A stretch of 63,657 bases of DNA, filler included, from Vannella sp. (lineage: Eukaryota): NCBI GenBank assembly GCA_023345925.1. It is 8 parts of 8 records of this genome, joined end to end, with 100 filler letters (N's around TTAATTAATTAA, not from the genome) between each part and the next. Parts side by side here need not be neighbours in the genome. Positions count along the whole stretch, not along the records: positions 1 to 13,818 come from JAJQQN010000836.1; positions 13,919 to 19,166 come from JAJQQN010000409.1; positions 19,267 to 28,939 come from JAJQQN010000263.1; 5 more parts are not named here. One strand, given 5' to 3'. Position numbers and translations under genes: made by a program. Under the pieces are notes generated by a model, which had not been told where the DNA came from, made no database searches, and saw only the letters and a list, made by a program, of their open reading frames with translations. This document shows positions 12,005 through 23,311 of the stretch, piece after piece. Numbering within the stretch: the stretch's first letter is position 1; every line of letters begins with the position of its first letter.

Positions 12005-12181
12005 CTAAGAAGAGGTTGTCGCGGGAATCTTCCCTCCGTTCGCCTTTTTGGCCTGTTCAGCGACTTTTTTGCCCTGACACCCGTCAGAGAGACCGTAGCG
12101 CACCTTGAGACTTACTTGAGACTGGAAGGAGTTGTCACAGCAGCAGCAAAGGCGCTCCATTCGCGAGCCACAAAGCCCCAT
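12005..12181 (-). CDS. Putative 44-aa myristoylated/palmitoylated microprotein
   Basis: MGLCGSRMERLCCCCDNSFQSQ|GKKVAEQAKKANGGKIPATTSS with a canonical 42-nt intron at 12074-12115 (GTAAGT...CTGAC...CAG). Confidence 0.55.
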   Translation of the reverse strand: MGLCGSRMERLCCCCDNSFQSQVSLKVRYGLSDGCQGKKVAEQAKKANGGKIPATTSS

Positions 12182-12357
12182 CCCACAATAATGTGTTTCC
12201 CCAGAACCCAATTCAGTTCTTCTGGGCGTTTCATCACGGAAGCTTTTAAAATCACTCACACAATTGAGTAATCAGGGCGAGAGTGCTGAATTTCTTGATC
12301 CATTCGATGAGGATCGGGAACGAATCCCGATTTGGGTCATTCCTCCAGGGCTTGGCG

Positions 12358-13818
12358 ATGGACAAGCTGGACGCTCTGTTGGTTATTGCCTTCGGGATCT
12401 TCATTCTGTTGGCTATTTTGGTGTTCTCCCAGTTGCGAGACGGAGCGGAGAAGAGCAAGAAGGTGAAGGGGAAGAAGAAGAAGATCTCCTCTTCAGATGA
12501 AGGTTCTTCCTCCCGTTCTGTTCACATCGAGACTCCGGAAGCGGAGCCGATCATTGTTCAATCCCCTGTTGTTCCAAGGAAGACTGTTCGAGCAGTCCCC
12601 CCTGTCAAGGGAAAAGGAAAAGGCTCGGCAACTCCAGTCGTGGTTACGTCCACTCCAGCCCTCGCCGTTGTTAAGAGTGGCAAGTCCAAGAAGACCACTC
12701 CTCCTGTTGAGTCTGTGCTTCCCAAACCTGCAGAGAAGCCAACAGCACCCGTGGAACAGCCCATTGTTGAGAAGGAAACAATCAAGGCTTCCGGACCGTC
12801 CAAGCAGCCAAAGAAGCAAGTCAAGAGCGCTGTGAAGAAGGAGTCAGTTACTCTTGAGACTGTATCCCCTGTGGAGGTCCCAAAGCAGCCAGAACTTGAG
12901 GTGGTGGTGAAGAAGTCGATGAACAAGGCTGATAAGCGTAAGGAGGCCAAGAGAAAGGAGCTCGAGGCTGCAGAAGCTAAGAAGAAGGAGCTCGAGGCTG
13001 CAGAGGCCAAGAGAAAGGAGCTTGAGGCTGCAGAAGCTCTGCGCAAGGAGCTTGAGGCCGCAGAGGCGAAGAGAAAGGAACTCGAAGCGGCTGAGGCGCT
13101 TGCGAAGCAGGAGGCACTTGCAGCGAAGAGGCTCACGAAGAAACAGAAGAAGGGCAAAGCTGCTACCGTTTCGGCACCTCCTCCCACTCTCCAGGCAGAG
13201 AAGGCTCCTCAGGCTCCCGCAAAGCAGCCTGACCCGGTACCATTGACCAAGACTGCTCAGAAGAAGGCTACTCAGTCAAAGAGAGATGGGGTTGAGGCGA
13301 GCCGCAAGGCTGAAGAGTTCCGCCAGAAGCGCGAGGCGGAAGAGGAATTAGCCAGGCGCGCTGCAGAGGAAGTTGCTCTTCAAGAGGCCGAAGCAGAAGC
13401 CCTCAGGGTGGAGGAAGTGCGAAAGCAGCTCCAAATCAAGTATGAAGCAGCTGAGAAGCTGAGGAAGCAGCGGGAATTGGAAGAAGAGAGCATTTGGAAT
13501 GAGGTTGTCCCTTCTTCCAAGAAGTCCGTGGCAAAGCCCAATGGAGAGGAGACTCTCCTTACTCTTGCGGACTCTGTTGGGAAACGAGAACGGGAGCTCG
13601 AAGCAGCTCGCCTTGCTTTGGAGGAGAAAAAGCGCCGCAATGAAGAAGAGATTCGCCTGCGTGTCGAGAAGGCTCGGCAGCTTCAGGAGCTGGTCGCTCA
13701 AAAGCAAGAAAATCAGGCCAAACCTGTTGTCTCGAACCAAGCTCGTACCAAAGGGAGCACAGTTTGGGGTCTTCCCACGAGTAAACTGGACAAAGATCTC
13801 GCGAAATTGGATCAGCTC
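12358..13818 (+). CDS. Signal-anchored K/E/A-rich coiled-coil protein, truncated by contig end
   Basis: N-terminal TM (LLVIAFGIFILLAILVF), a poly-Lys stretch, a P/K/V-rich region and EAK repeats. The frame stays open to the linker. Confidence 0.7.
12943..13098 (+). repeat. 30-bp coding tandem repeat (EAKRKELEAA x5)
   Basis: Five units visible in both DNA and protein. Confidence 0.9.
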
Positions 13819-13918
13819 NNNNNNNNNNNNNNNNNNNNNNNNNNNNNNNNNNNNNNNNNNNNTTAATTAATTAANNNNNNNNNNNNNNNNNNNNNNNNNN
13901 NNNNNNNNNNNNNNNNNN
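13819..13918. other. Artificial contig linker
   Basis: 44 N + TTAATTAATTAA (stops in all six frames) + 44 N. Confidence 0.99.
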
Positions 13919-15174
13919 GAGTGAGAGCGAGTATAGTGACGAAGAGGGACAGTCTGGGTCTCGAAGGAGAGGGTCCAACCGTAAAATGGCCCGGTCTACG
14001 GGCGAAGTGGACAAGCCCTTGCTCTCTGTGTCCCCTTCGCTTGGTTCCAGCTTCGTACAAGGCTTCAAGAAACAGGTCTCTTCTGTCTCTGAGATGCAGT
14101 TCCGCTCGCGCTCTACTTTGAGCCCGAGAGGTGGGGAGGCGGCATCTCAAGGGAGTTCTGAGCCTGTGCCTCCGTTGCGCCTGTCTCTCTCTCCTAAACC
14201 AGCTTCGAGAGAGAGACGAAAGAGTGATACGACCAACATCTCCTTAGGTAGCCTGAGGTCGGCGGTATCGCCCCGGTCGCGAGGGGCGAAGGCTCGACAG
14301 GCTGTTCTTGGGCAGCCTTTGAAGAGTGATGGGTCTATTGAGCACATGCAACACATCACCTTGTCCCCACGTGAGCCACAGACCCCGCCGTACGTGGATT
14401 GCTTCATTGAGACGGGCTTCTCTTCTCTCTCAGAGTTCCTGGAGGGTCACTTGGAGTATGAGGATAGTCCTTTACCCATTTTGAGTCGTTCAAGCCCGGT
14501 ACGGCACTCTAACGGTTCTCCCTTTGGACCTAATCTAACTCTTCCAGCGTTCCACCACCTCTATTAGGATCTCCAGCCCACCGTAGGTCATTTCCAACTA
14601 GTCTTCAGTGAGAGAACTCATTCAAAGTAGGAAAGAAAGCCGGAGGAAGCTGCAATCGTCGAGCATGGCGAGCTCTTTGACCAAGTCTCATTCAGAACAC
14701 ATTTCCAGCCGCTCATCACGGAGGAAAGAGCCAAGAGAGAGCCAAAGGGAGGTGAAGTCCTCCATTGAAACCCACTTCCGACTCCTGATAGAGATGGCCG
14801 AGAATCCTCTTCTCGGAAGTGCCCGGAAACCCCTTTCAAGTCCCGATTCTCACATTCAGACCGATCAGATAGTGCAGATCAAAGGGGGAAATCCTATCCT
14901 TCCGCTGAAGGGAGGTCCAACAGGGGAAGAAGGCCAGGAAATAGCCAACTTGCTAAGTCAGGTGGCAACTTTGAAAGCCGTTCATTCTTCTTCTCTCGAC
15001 CGCATTGAATTGCTGAAGCAACTCCTTACCAGAGTAAAAGAAGAACTCAAGAGCGCTAATGAAAGGAACCACACTCTTCAACAGCAATTAGTTCTCGAAA
15101 AGGAAAAGTCCGCTAAACTGTCTGCCCTTCTGGATCCCTCAGTCGCGGAGTCTCCCTCACAAGCAGCTTCGTAA
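13919..15174 (+). CDS. 5'-truncated hypothetical protein, S/R/P-rich with C-terminal coiled coil
   Basis: ORFs 13986-14567 and 14608-15174 are plausibly joined by short introns. The C-terminus has a heptad pattern. Confidence 0.5.
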
Positions 15175-15336
15175 ATGTCAATCCAAATCCAATCCCCCAT
15201 TCAGATAATCCATTATATATAAATCCGGACCAACCTTTGACTTCGAGTTCACGGAAGACCAAACATGGATGCAAAGAATGCGAGCAAACTGCTTTTATTG
15301 AAAGGAAAAGAGAAGAGAAAGAAGCGGCTTAACGCT

Positions 15337-18300
15337 CTATTGATAGAGAGAAGGACAGACTTGAACATTGATTGGGCTGCCGGAAACGGGAAAAGTTCCA
15401 AATCCAGTTTTGGCCAAGAAGGAGATCTTGTATGTTCCTGGTTCAAAGTCAATGCTGCTGCCTGGAAGAGGAAGAAATTCTGTCGGAGGACTATCATTGC
15501 GCTCCGACTGATAGAAGAGACCTTCCTGGATCAAAGGCTCAAGGGGAACGTCCGGTACTCGAGATTCGATGTGATAAGTCAAAGTGCGGGCGATGTTACA
15601 GTCTGATACATTGACAAATATCATTTGAGCCAGCAATCGACCAGAAATCTCCTTGCAAGCTTCCTCAGCGGTCTCAGAAGCCGACTTAATCATATCTTGG
15701 ATATCAGCTTCTTTTCTAGTGTCCAGACTGTATGCCTTTGAAAGTGTAGCATTGAGGCGACAAAAGTGGCCTTTCGGATACTTTGTTTCATAATTTGTCT
15801 TAGCTTCCTCGGCCAAGCGCTCTGAGTCTGTGAGTAGATTGAAAATGAGCCCGATAGCTTCAATCAAGGTTTCTGTGACTGGCACTTGAGCAGGGCATTT
15901 ACCTGTCCCCACAGAAACCAACACATTGATCAGTTCCGAGGGCCAAACGTCGTTGCTGACGTTTACTGCTTTGCCTGATGGGCAATTGATGAGCATTCCT
16001 CCATCAGCATATTGCCGCCCGTCGATGATACGGTAAGGAAAGAAAGTTGGAGCAGCAGAGGTTCCAATGCATGCTGTTTCTACCGAAATGAAGCAGCCAA
16101 TATCGCCTTGAACCGATGATCCCGATGCTGTTGTTGCAAAAACCACAGAACGTGAAGCGACATCGACCATCGAAACGGCCACAACTGGATTATCACTTGA
16201 GAATGCTCGCAGGGGCTGCTGGAAAGCTGTTCCAAAATGGGGTTTGAGAGCGCTGGAGAGGATGTCGGCAGAGTACTTGTTTTAAGGAAGCCCAAACAAA
16301 ATGGAGGCTCCTTTCTTCCACCAGGAGAGGGATTGGCCAAAAACTGTGGATGCCACCGATCCGATTAGAGATCTACCGCCATCGGCTGTGTTGACAGCAT
16401 TAGCTGTTAGATACAACGCCAAAACACCACCTGCACTAGTCCCCACGATTAAGTCGAACAGCTGAGCCACTCGAAAGCCTGTGAGCTCCTCAATTCGAGC
16501 AAGGAATGTCAAGGAAATCACTGCCCTTGAGCCTCCTCCATCCAAGGTTAAAACACGAATTCCTGCCCTGCTTGGAACTTGTCTAGTTGTTCTTCTTCCG
16601 TGTTCGTTGCAAAGAAGGCAAACGTTCTCTCGGGGAGCAACATGGACATCGTAGCATGTTGGGCAAACGCAATGCCCACAATCCAATGAAATGGTAGGAG
16701 AGTTCCAGACGCAAAGGAGGCAAATCTTCGACGCAATGTCCGGCTGCTTATCCGCAATATTTAGCAACACGGGGATGTTCAATGCTTGACGATATTCCGT
16801 TGCCTCCAAAGAAGGTACGTTTTTGCATAAGTCATGGACTTCTGTGACAAGATCGGAATGATCGCTCTCCAAGTATTTACCTTCCCACACACACGGGAGC
16901 TGAACAAACCCAGACCTGAACCAACGCTGGAACCAATTACTACTCCTTAAATCTGGGCTTGTGAAGGTCTTTCTGCTCCTATGTTCGCGGTGCAAACATC
17001 TTCTGTTTTCACATTTGACTTCTTTGCCATCAAAGCTCTTCGTTGCGTTGCACTCAAAACTGTCCATTACGACCTCCATCAGTGATTCTAATTCAGAAAA
17101 CCGGCGGTCTTCAAATGCATTGGCAAGTTCAACTGTTGCCCACCGGTTCCCGAACAAGGTGGGAAGTGATATCTTGAGTTCACGGCACGCTCTCTGGCAG
17201 TTCCCACCAAACAACGTAAACAAAGCTTGCCAGTAGATCTTGAGGTGTTCTGATTTGTCGTCACCGGAAGCAGCAAGGTTAGAATCGGTCAAAAGACGCT
17301 GAAACATGTTCATCGGACTGTCTGGAGCATTTGCTAGACGGTTTGCAATTCTCCACAGCTCAGAGAAGAGGCGGCCCTTGCGGACGGTCATATTGAGAGA
17401 AGCTCTTGCAGCAGAGTTTTCAGATATCAACTGCTGGGATAGAAGCTTCAGTTGAACAAGTTGGACCAACGCAAGTGATGGTTTTTCTACACAATCTGGA
17501 ACGTAGATGACATGGACTCTTCGAAAGCCAAGTTTCAGTTCCCTGAACGTGGCCTTATTATTATTGGTACCGGCCCAATGTGCAGTTGCTCGATCAGCGC
17601 ACTCCATGAAAGATTCATCTTCTCTTTGCAAAAAGTTGCCGCAGTCCGAAAGAGATCGTTTGTTGAACACAATGATCAACGATGGAAGGATGGCACAGTT
17701 AACAGTCCTTGCTGATGCAATGGCGCAAAACTGAAGTAAGTCAGTAGCAAGGGTTGTATCTCCAGCAGAACTGATGAATGGGAAGATGATCACATCACTT
17801 AGCATGTACAATAGACGAGGATATCCTTGGGCAGCCATCTTTCCTCGCATTTCTGTCAACATATGAGTTTGCGTGCTTTCGAAGCAAGCTCGGAGAAGTT
17901 TTTTTGCTTGGCTTGGTTCGTCACCGCCTCGAAGACCTTCGGAATCGAGACACAGAACGGGAACCGTCCGGAACCCCTTTCCATTAACAGCTGAAATCTC
18001 CAAGTACCCATGATAGGCATGTAAATCAGCCGAAGTAGCCTGTTGGGGACCATGAGGGGCAGCCAAAGGTAAAGACTGATTAGGAAGATTCGGGTCTCCA
18101 ATGAGAGAACGTAGGATCATCGACTTTCCGCTCCCAGTGGTGGCAACAACTGATACAACTCCAATCTCATCATTTGGCTCGAGAACCTGGGCAAGAGAGT
18201 GATACTTTTTTCCTAGTATAAGTGCGGGATCTGAGTGCTCGGAGGGAGGCCAGATACCCATGAACAAGTTGTTGTCTTGATCTTCTTCGTACTCAGCAGG

Positions 18301-18822
18301 GGTGTGTTGCTTGTTCACGAGTTCCATGACCTGATAATCAGAAAGGGAAATTCGAACGTGCCCTGAGGTGTTCTTCATGGAGTGATACGCTTCGTTGTGC
18401 GAGACACACAAGTACCAAACTTTGTCCTCGTTGCCGCAACATTGGGAGCAGACCCATGCTGGATCCTTGCCGCATTCGACACAGCGCGCTGGACTTGCAA
18501 CTATTGGACCAATAGGCGAAGGAAGGCTTCCAGGGGTTGGCTTGGAGACGACAATCTTGGTAGGCTCATTCGCGAAAGTATGGGAGGATGCGTCTCGCTT
18601 CTTCGTGGCAGGTGGTCTCTTAAGAGCTGCAGGCTTTTGCGCCTTCTTAGGTGCCACAGGCTTGGCAAGAGTCCCACCATCACCTCTTGGCACCACACCC
18701 TTCGCCTCCTTGCTAGAGGGAGGGCGAGCACTCACTTTCGCATGAGATTTGGAGGTTACTGCTTTCGTAGTCGGCATGGAACAATGAGTGCCACTATGCT
18801 TCTCCATTTCCCGAGAGACCAT
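15337..18822 (-). CDS. B-box + GTPase-like P-loop + RING + patatin phospholipase + filamin-like fusion, interrupted by one in-frame TAA at 16282-16284 (pseudogene, readthrough or error)
   Basis: Zn motif CVEC..CSQC..LCVSH..H..H. P-loop ATTGSGKS, LDSEG, IVFNK. C3HC4 RING CLLC..CGHCVCPTC..CLLC. Patatin LDGGG, GTSAG, TSAAPTFF, YADGG. Filamin-like GTYKISF..GSPINVQV. ORFs 16282-18846 and 15337-16182 are in the same frame. Confidence 0.85.
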
Positions 18823-19166
18823 GCTTCCCCATTTCCCCAAAACCAAGAATCGAGAAAATCGAGAATTATGTAGTTATGACCTAATGACATCATTCTTTGC
18901 GTGGAACATTGATCATGATTAAGTCGTGGCGCTTAGAGCTCCTTGAACGCTGAGGCCGTTGGCAGAAATGAATAGAATGATATGGCTCCGTTTCTTGTGA
19001 AGATTCTCCCGTCTCTTGTCCGTCTTCGGTTGATTCGTTCACCTTGAGAAGGCTGTTCCTTTTCTTCTTGAAGGTGGGCTCAGATTCCAGCAGTTCTCTG
19101 CAGGATTCTTTAAGACGGCTTTGCGCTCATGGGGCTCTTCATTGGATATAGTCCAGCACATTTTAC

Positions 19167-19266
19167 NNNNNNNNNNNNNNNNNNNNNNNNNNNNNNNNNN
19201 NNNNNNNNNNTTAATTAATTAANNNNNNNNNNNNNNNNNNNNNNNNNNNNNNNNNNNNNNNNNNNN
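19167..19266. other. Artificial contig linker
   Basis: 44 N + TTAATTAATTAA + 44 N. Confidence 0.99.
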
Positions 19267-20319
19267 ACTCACTGACCCTTCTCTGGAACCTTGAAGATCT
19301 CCACCTACATAGAAACCCAGTTCGAGAGCTTAGCGTGCCAAGAAACAGATCAATTTGGACGAGTTTGCTCGTGGGAGGAGGTTCAGGGGTCGTTTCAGTC
19401 GTACTATCTTGCTGGAGTCGATTCGATTGAGGTGACATCTTCCTTCATGATCTATTTTGCCCTACTGATGATCAGGGAAGATCGAGGTGAATCACAGCGC
19501 CCAAGGACCAGTGTTTCATGATCAATGGCTCAGTGAGCAGGATGAGGATGTCGAGAACGAGCAGCATGTGTACGCTGGTACCTGCCAAACTATGCATGGT
19601 GTCATGATGAATCCTCGTGGGTCCAAAAAGAGCATTGCAAAGCACTTTGCAACGGGAAAGACCGATGTTGTCCGGGTCCACGAGTTACTGGCAGCTGGCC
19701 GTTGTAGTCTTGATGATCAAAGTGAGAACTACAACTCACAGAGGTCATATCTAACGTATCCATCAAGATGGCCTTGTCAATCGCACGTATCGTTCCACAG
19801 GAGTCATTCTAGAGGTTGACATTGGGTGAGCATTTGAGTTCATCGCCCTCTCAGCCCTTTGCCTCTTAGTCTGACTGTGTATTAAGATACAACAATGCTC
19901 GCTGCAATGGAAAACTTGATTGTGCCTTCGGTGTGGTGCCACTGCAGTATCGCTACCGGGTGTACAAGGTCCCCAATGCTGATGTGAGACCAATTCGTCC
20001 CTTCACAAAGCGATACTAAGAAAGCTAGTTCTCCCATGAAGAGTTCAACAACTACAATGATACTCTTCGGGAGAGAAAGACTCGCTTCGGAGTTCTCCTG
20101 AAAGTCACACAAACAGGGAAGATTGCCCGCTTCTCCCTCAACACTCTTTTCATCAACTTGACTTCCAGCCTGGGCCTCCTTGCTCTAGCTGGCGTTCTAT
20201 GTGACATCCTCGCTATCTACATTCTCCCAGAGAAGACCGCTTATTCTCGTCAAAAGTTTTCGGTTATCTCCCGCCAAGGCACCAAACTCAAGTCCACGCC
20301 CAAGACTAAAACGGCCTAA
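19267..20319 (+). CDS. P2X receptor (Dictyostelium-type ATP-gated channel), 5'-truncated, multi-exon
   Basis: The last exon reads RFGVLLKVTQTGKIARFSLNTLFINLTSSLGLLALAGVLCDILAIYILPEKTAYSRQKF (TM2 with Asp, plus YxxxK). Upstream exons read ELLAAGRCSLDD..YRSTGVILEVDI..YNN..YRYRV. Confidence 0.82.
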
Positions 20320-20402
20320 TTCTGGGGAATGTGTTAAAATGCAAATTGATTCAAAAGAATGACATTCTGAACCAGATCCTCCTTTCCTGGGCCATTTCGT
20401 TC

Positions 20403-21908
20403 ATGAACGACGAGAGAGCGGAGGTTGCATGCGGAGCGTTTGAGCCTCATTTGTGGAAGAGGAATAAGTGTAAGAACTGTTTCCACACAAAGGCGGATCA
20501 TAAGAGGCGCTTGGATGGGGGGAAAGAACGGTTGGACGATGCGGGTCTCCATTTGGACTTCGTTGATGGCGGCTCTGATGGCGAGACCCCTCGAGTATTG
20601 GCTACGCCCAAAGGATCTCGCTTAGCTACGCCTTCATCCATGGAGAGTGACCGTTCTCGAAGGGGATTCAAGGACGAAACTAAAATGCTCAAGAAGGAGA
20701 GGAAAGATCTTGCAGGCAAGCAAGCGGAGCTGCGGGAGACAATGATGCGCATGGAGATTCAACTACATGACTACAAAGAGACCAAGCAGGAGAACGATAT
20801 CCTGTTGAAGGACATCCAACTGCTCAAAAAGGACCTACGCGAAGTGACACTTGGGGCAGCCAAGGCGTGCGATCTGAATGAGAGCATGCGCAAAGAGATA
20901 TCTCGTCTCCGTCAACTTGTTCGCCAGTTGGGAGGCGATCCTCGTGCCCTTCCTCTCGACGATGGACAAGACGATTCTTCCACCCAAGACTCTGATGCTT
21001 GTAGCAGGCATGCTATCCAACAGGATCCAGCTTCGCTTGGAGATACACCCAAACCAGCCTCAGGCGTCCCCACCAAGCTGAGAGACAGTCGGTTAACGGA
21101 AGATAGCGAGTCAGAGGATCGCTTCTTACTACCTCCCGCGCCCCAGATACTCACAACAGGGCCCAAGCTTTCGGGAAACAAGCCAACAGGGCCCATCCCC
21201 AAGAATACACGTGAGAGAGTAGCCCGGTTAGAGGACTCCCTTTCCTCCCTCCGTGGGGTTTGCCTCAGCATCGCCTCCACACCGAGCAACGTACGTTCTT
21301 TCATTCAGCAAAAGTACAGTCACTCACTTGGGACTGATCAGGAAGGAAAGGAGGTTCTTCTATCCTTTGTGGAGAGCGTTATCCGTGGACTCGATACGCA
21401 CTGCCTTGACTTTGCACGTCGCATGTACAAGAGAGCCACGTCGACCCCCGACTTTACTTTGAAGCTGTCTGGCGCAAGTGGAGGCGATCGTGATCGGATT
21501 ATGAGACAAAATGGGACTACCTTCCCAAGTATGTCTGATGTGGAGGACCTTCCTGGTGGTAGGGAGCCTTTATCTCCATTCCACAAGCCAAGAGTACTGG
21601 AAGAGCCAGATAATGAGCAGCTCATTCTTCGAGACCTCAGCGAAGAAGAGACTCCAAACGTCACACTGCTCGAACCTCCTCCCGCTCTCGCGGACAAGGT
21701 GGTTTCGCCTCGGAAGATCAAAAAGGGTAGTCGATCCCATGCTGATCCTCTGAAAGAGCACAGAAAGCACAAGAGGGACTCAAAGAAGCTATCCAACCTC
21801 CGCAAAGGAGGCTCCAAAACGAGAAAAAGTCACTCACCACCCGAAGGCCCCACAATCACCGCACCAATGGATGAAAGCGACCCAGATGTTAATTTAACGA
21901 TTTCATGA
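20403..21908 (+). CDS. Protein with N-terminal CxxF..WK..KCKNCF..H motif (PEAK1/MPRIP-type), coiled coil and disordered tail
   Basis: ACGAFEPHLWKRNKCKNCFHTKADH and a heptad region, in an uninterrupted 1.5 kb ORF. Confidence 0.7.
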   Translation: MNDERAEVACGAFEPHLWKRNKCKNCFHTKADHKRRLDGGKERLDDAGLHLDFVDGGSDGETPRVLATPKGSRLATPSSMESDRSRRGFKDETKMLKKERKDLAGKQAELRETMMRMEIQLHDYKETKQENDILLKDIQLLKKDLREVTLGAAKACDLNESMRKEISRLRQLVRQLGGDPRALPLDDGQDDSSTQDSDACSRHAIQQDPASLGDTPKPASGVPTKLRDSRLTEDSESEDRFLLPPAPQILTTGPKLSGNKPTGPIPKNTRERVARLEDSLSSLRGVCLSIASTPSNVRSFIQQKYSHSLGTDQEGKEVLLSFVESVIRGLDTHCLDFARRMYKRATSTPDFTLKLSGASGGDRDRIMRQNGTTFPSMSDVEDLPGGREPLSPFHKPRVLEEPDNEQLILRDLSEEETPNVTLLEPPPALADKVVSPRKIKKGSRSHADPLKEHRKHKRDSKKLSNLRKGGSKTRKSHSPPEGPTITAPMDESDPDVNLTIS

Positions 21909-22018
21909 GTGTACAAACTGTTGGTCGATGAAAACTAAGCGAAAATTCGGGTAGATCTCGGCTATTATGGGAATGGAGGAAGAACTCGATGGTTTCTCCC
22001 CTCCGCTCAGACTTTGAC

Positions 22019-23252
22019 ATGGCAGAGATTGGCAAAGGTGATCCTCGTTGGATTGTTGACAACCGTGTGGATGGGCGCAATGTCAATGCATGGCACTGGT
22101 AGGGAGTCCTTGCAGAGGCTGCGTGATAGTTGCTGATGCCTTGGTGCAGGACGGAGAGAGACTGCACCAAGTGGTTCAAGGATCATTTCACCAAGAGCAT
22201 CGTAGACACTGAGTTGTGTGCTTTGGGCAACTCAAAGGTCACTGGAGTGGACAAAATCACTGGAGAGATGACTTATTGCAACCGGAAAAAGAAGCACATG
22301 TTCTTCTACGAGTTAGAGCTTCATCTCAAGTGGGAGGCTATCATAGATGACAAGAAGATATCGGGTCAGATCCGCGTGCCCTCCTTCTGTGATGAAGAAC
22401 CGTTGGAGAGTACCAAGGTCAGTCGATCAAGCTCAGCGAGCATCAGGATCTCACGCTCTCCCTCCAGTTCCGCATCAACTGTGCCTCCAAGAGTAAGAGC
22501 GGTGATGAACTCATGGCTGAGTTGCAAAAGACTGCGGTGCCCACTCTACGTGTCGTCATTCAGAAGCTCATGGACGAGACCAAGGATCGTACGCTCTGTG
22601 CTTGTCTCTGTGAGAGAGTGTAGACACTCACATCCTCTTAGACTTCAAGGAGCCCTTGCCTGATGAGGGAACTCCTGAAGCTGCGCCTCTCCAGAAGGCT
22701 TTGGCCCCGGAGATCACCAGAACGGAGAAAGAGGAGACAAACAAGGCCACCCGCTCCCTCAAGATGCAGCTCAGCTTTGACTCTTCACCAGAGCTGATGT
22801 ATCTGTGTTTGACAGATGATCAGCGCCTCAGCTACTTCACACAAAGTGGCGCTCAGATGGAGCGCAAAGAGGGCGGCAAGTTCTCCTTGTTTGGCGGGCA
22901 GATTACTGGCACCAACACCACCCTTGTGGAGAACCAAAAGATAGTTCAGCAGTGGCGCTTCCAAATATGGCCTGAGAGTAGGTTCCAGTGGCCCCTCCAC
23001 CAAGATCTCACCTCCCCAACCAGACCACTTCTCCACCGTGACCATCACCCTCGCCCCCGGCGACCACACAACTGAAGTCACTCTAGAACAGACCAACGTG
23101 CCTGCGTTTGACTATGACCGCACACGCAGCGGCTGGGAACAGTACTTCTGGTAAGTCACCAGCCCTTGAGAGGGATCCCTTCACCAACTCACCTCGCCAT
23201 CACCAGGTCGCGCATTCGAGCATCATTCGGCTTCCAATACCGTACAAAGTGA
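22019..23252 (+). CDS. AHSA1: Activator of Hsp90 ATPase (Aha1)
   Basis: MAEIGKGDPRWIV..NVNAWHW|TERDCT, NRKKK..FYEL, and the C-domain GGKFSLFGGQITG..KIVQQWRF..GWEQYFW. Confidence 0.95.
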
Positions 23253-23311
23253 GCCACCACCAATAAAAAGGAGTAAAGCGGTCTTTTTTGCTTTCTTTCG
23301 AGAGGACGGCG

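Noticed and set aside
16282..16284. TAA reassignment (ciliate-type genetic code)
   Set aside because: TAA ends conserved genes at their expected C-termini (RPT5 YYA*, CHMP1, COP1-like), and no other gene showed in-frame TAA.
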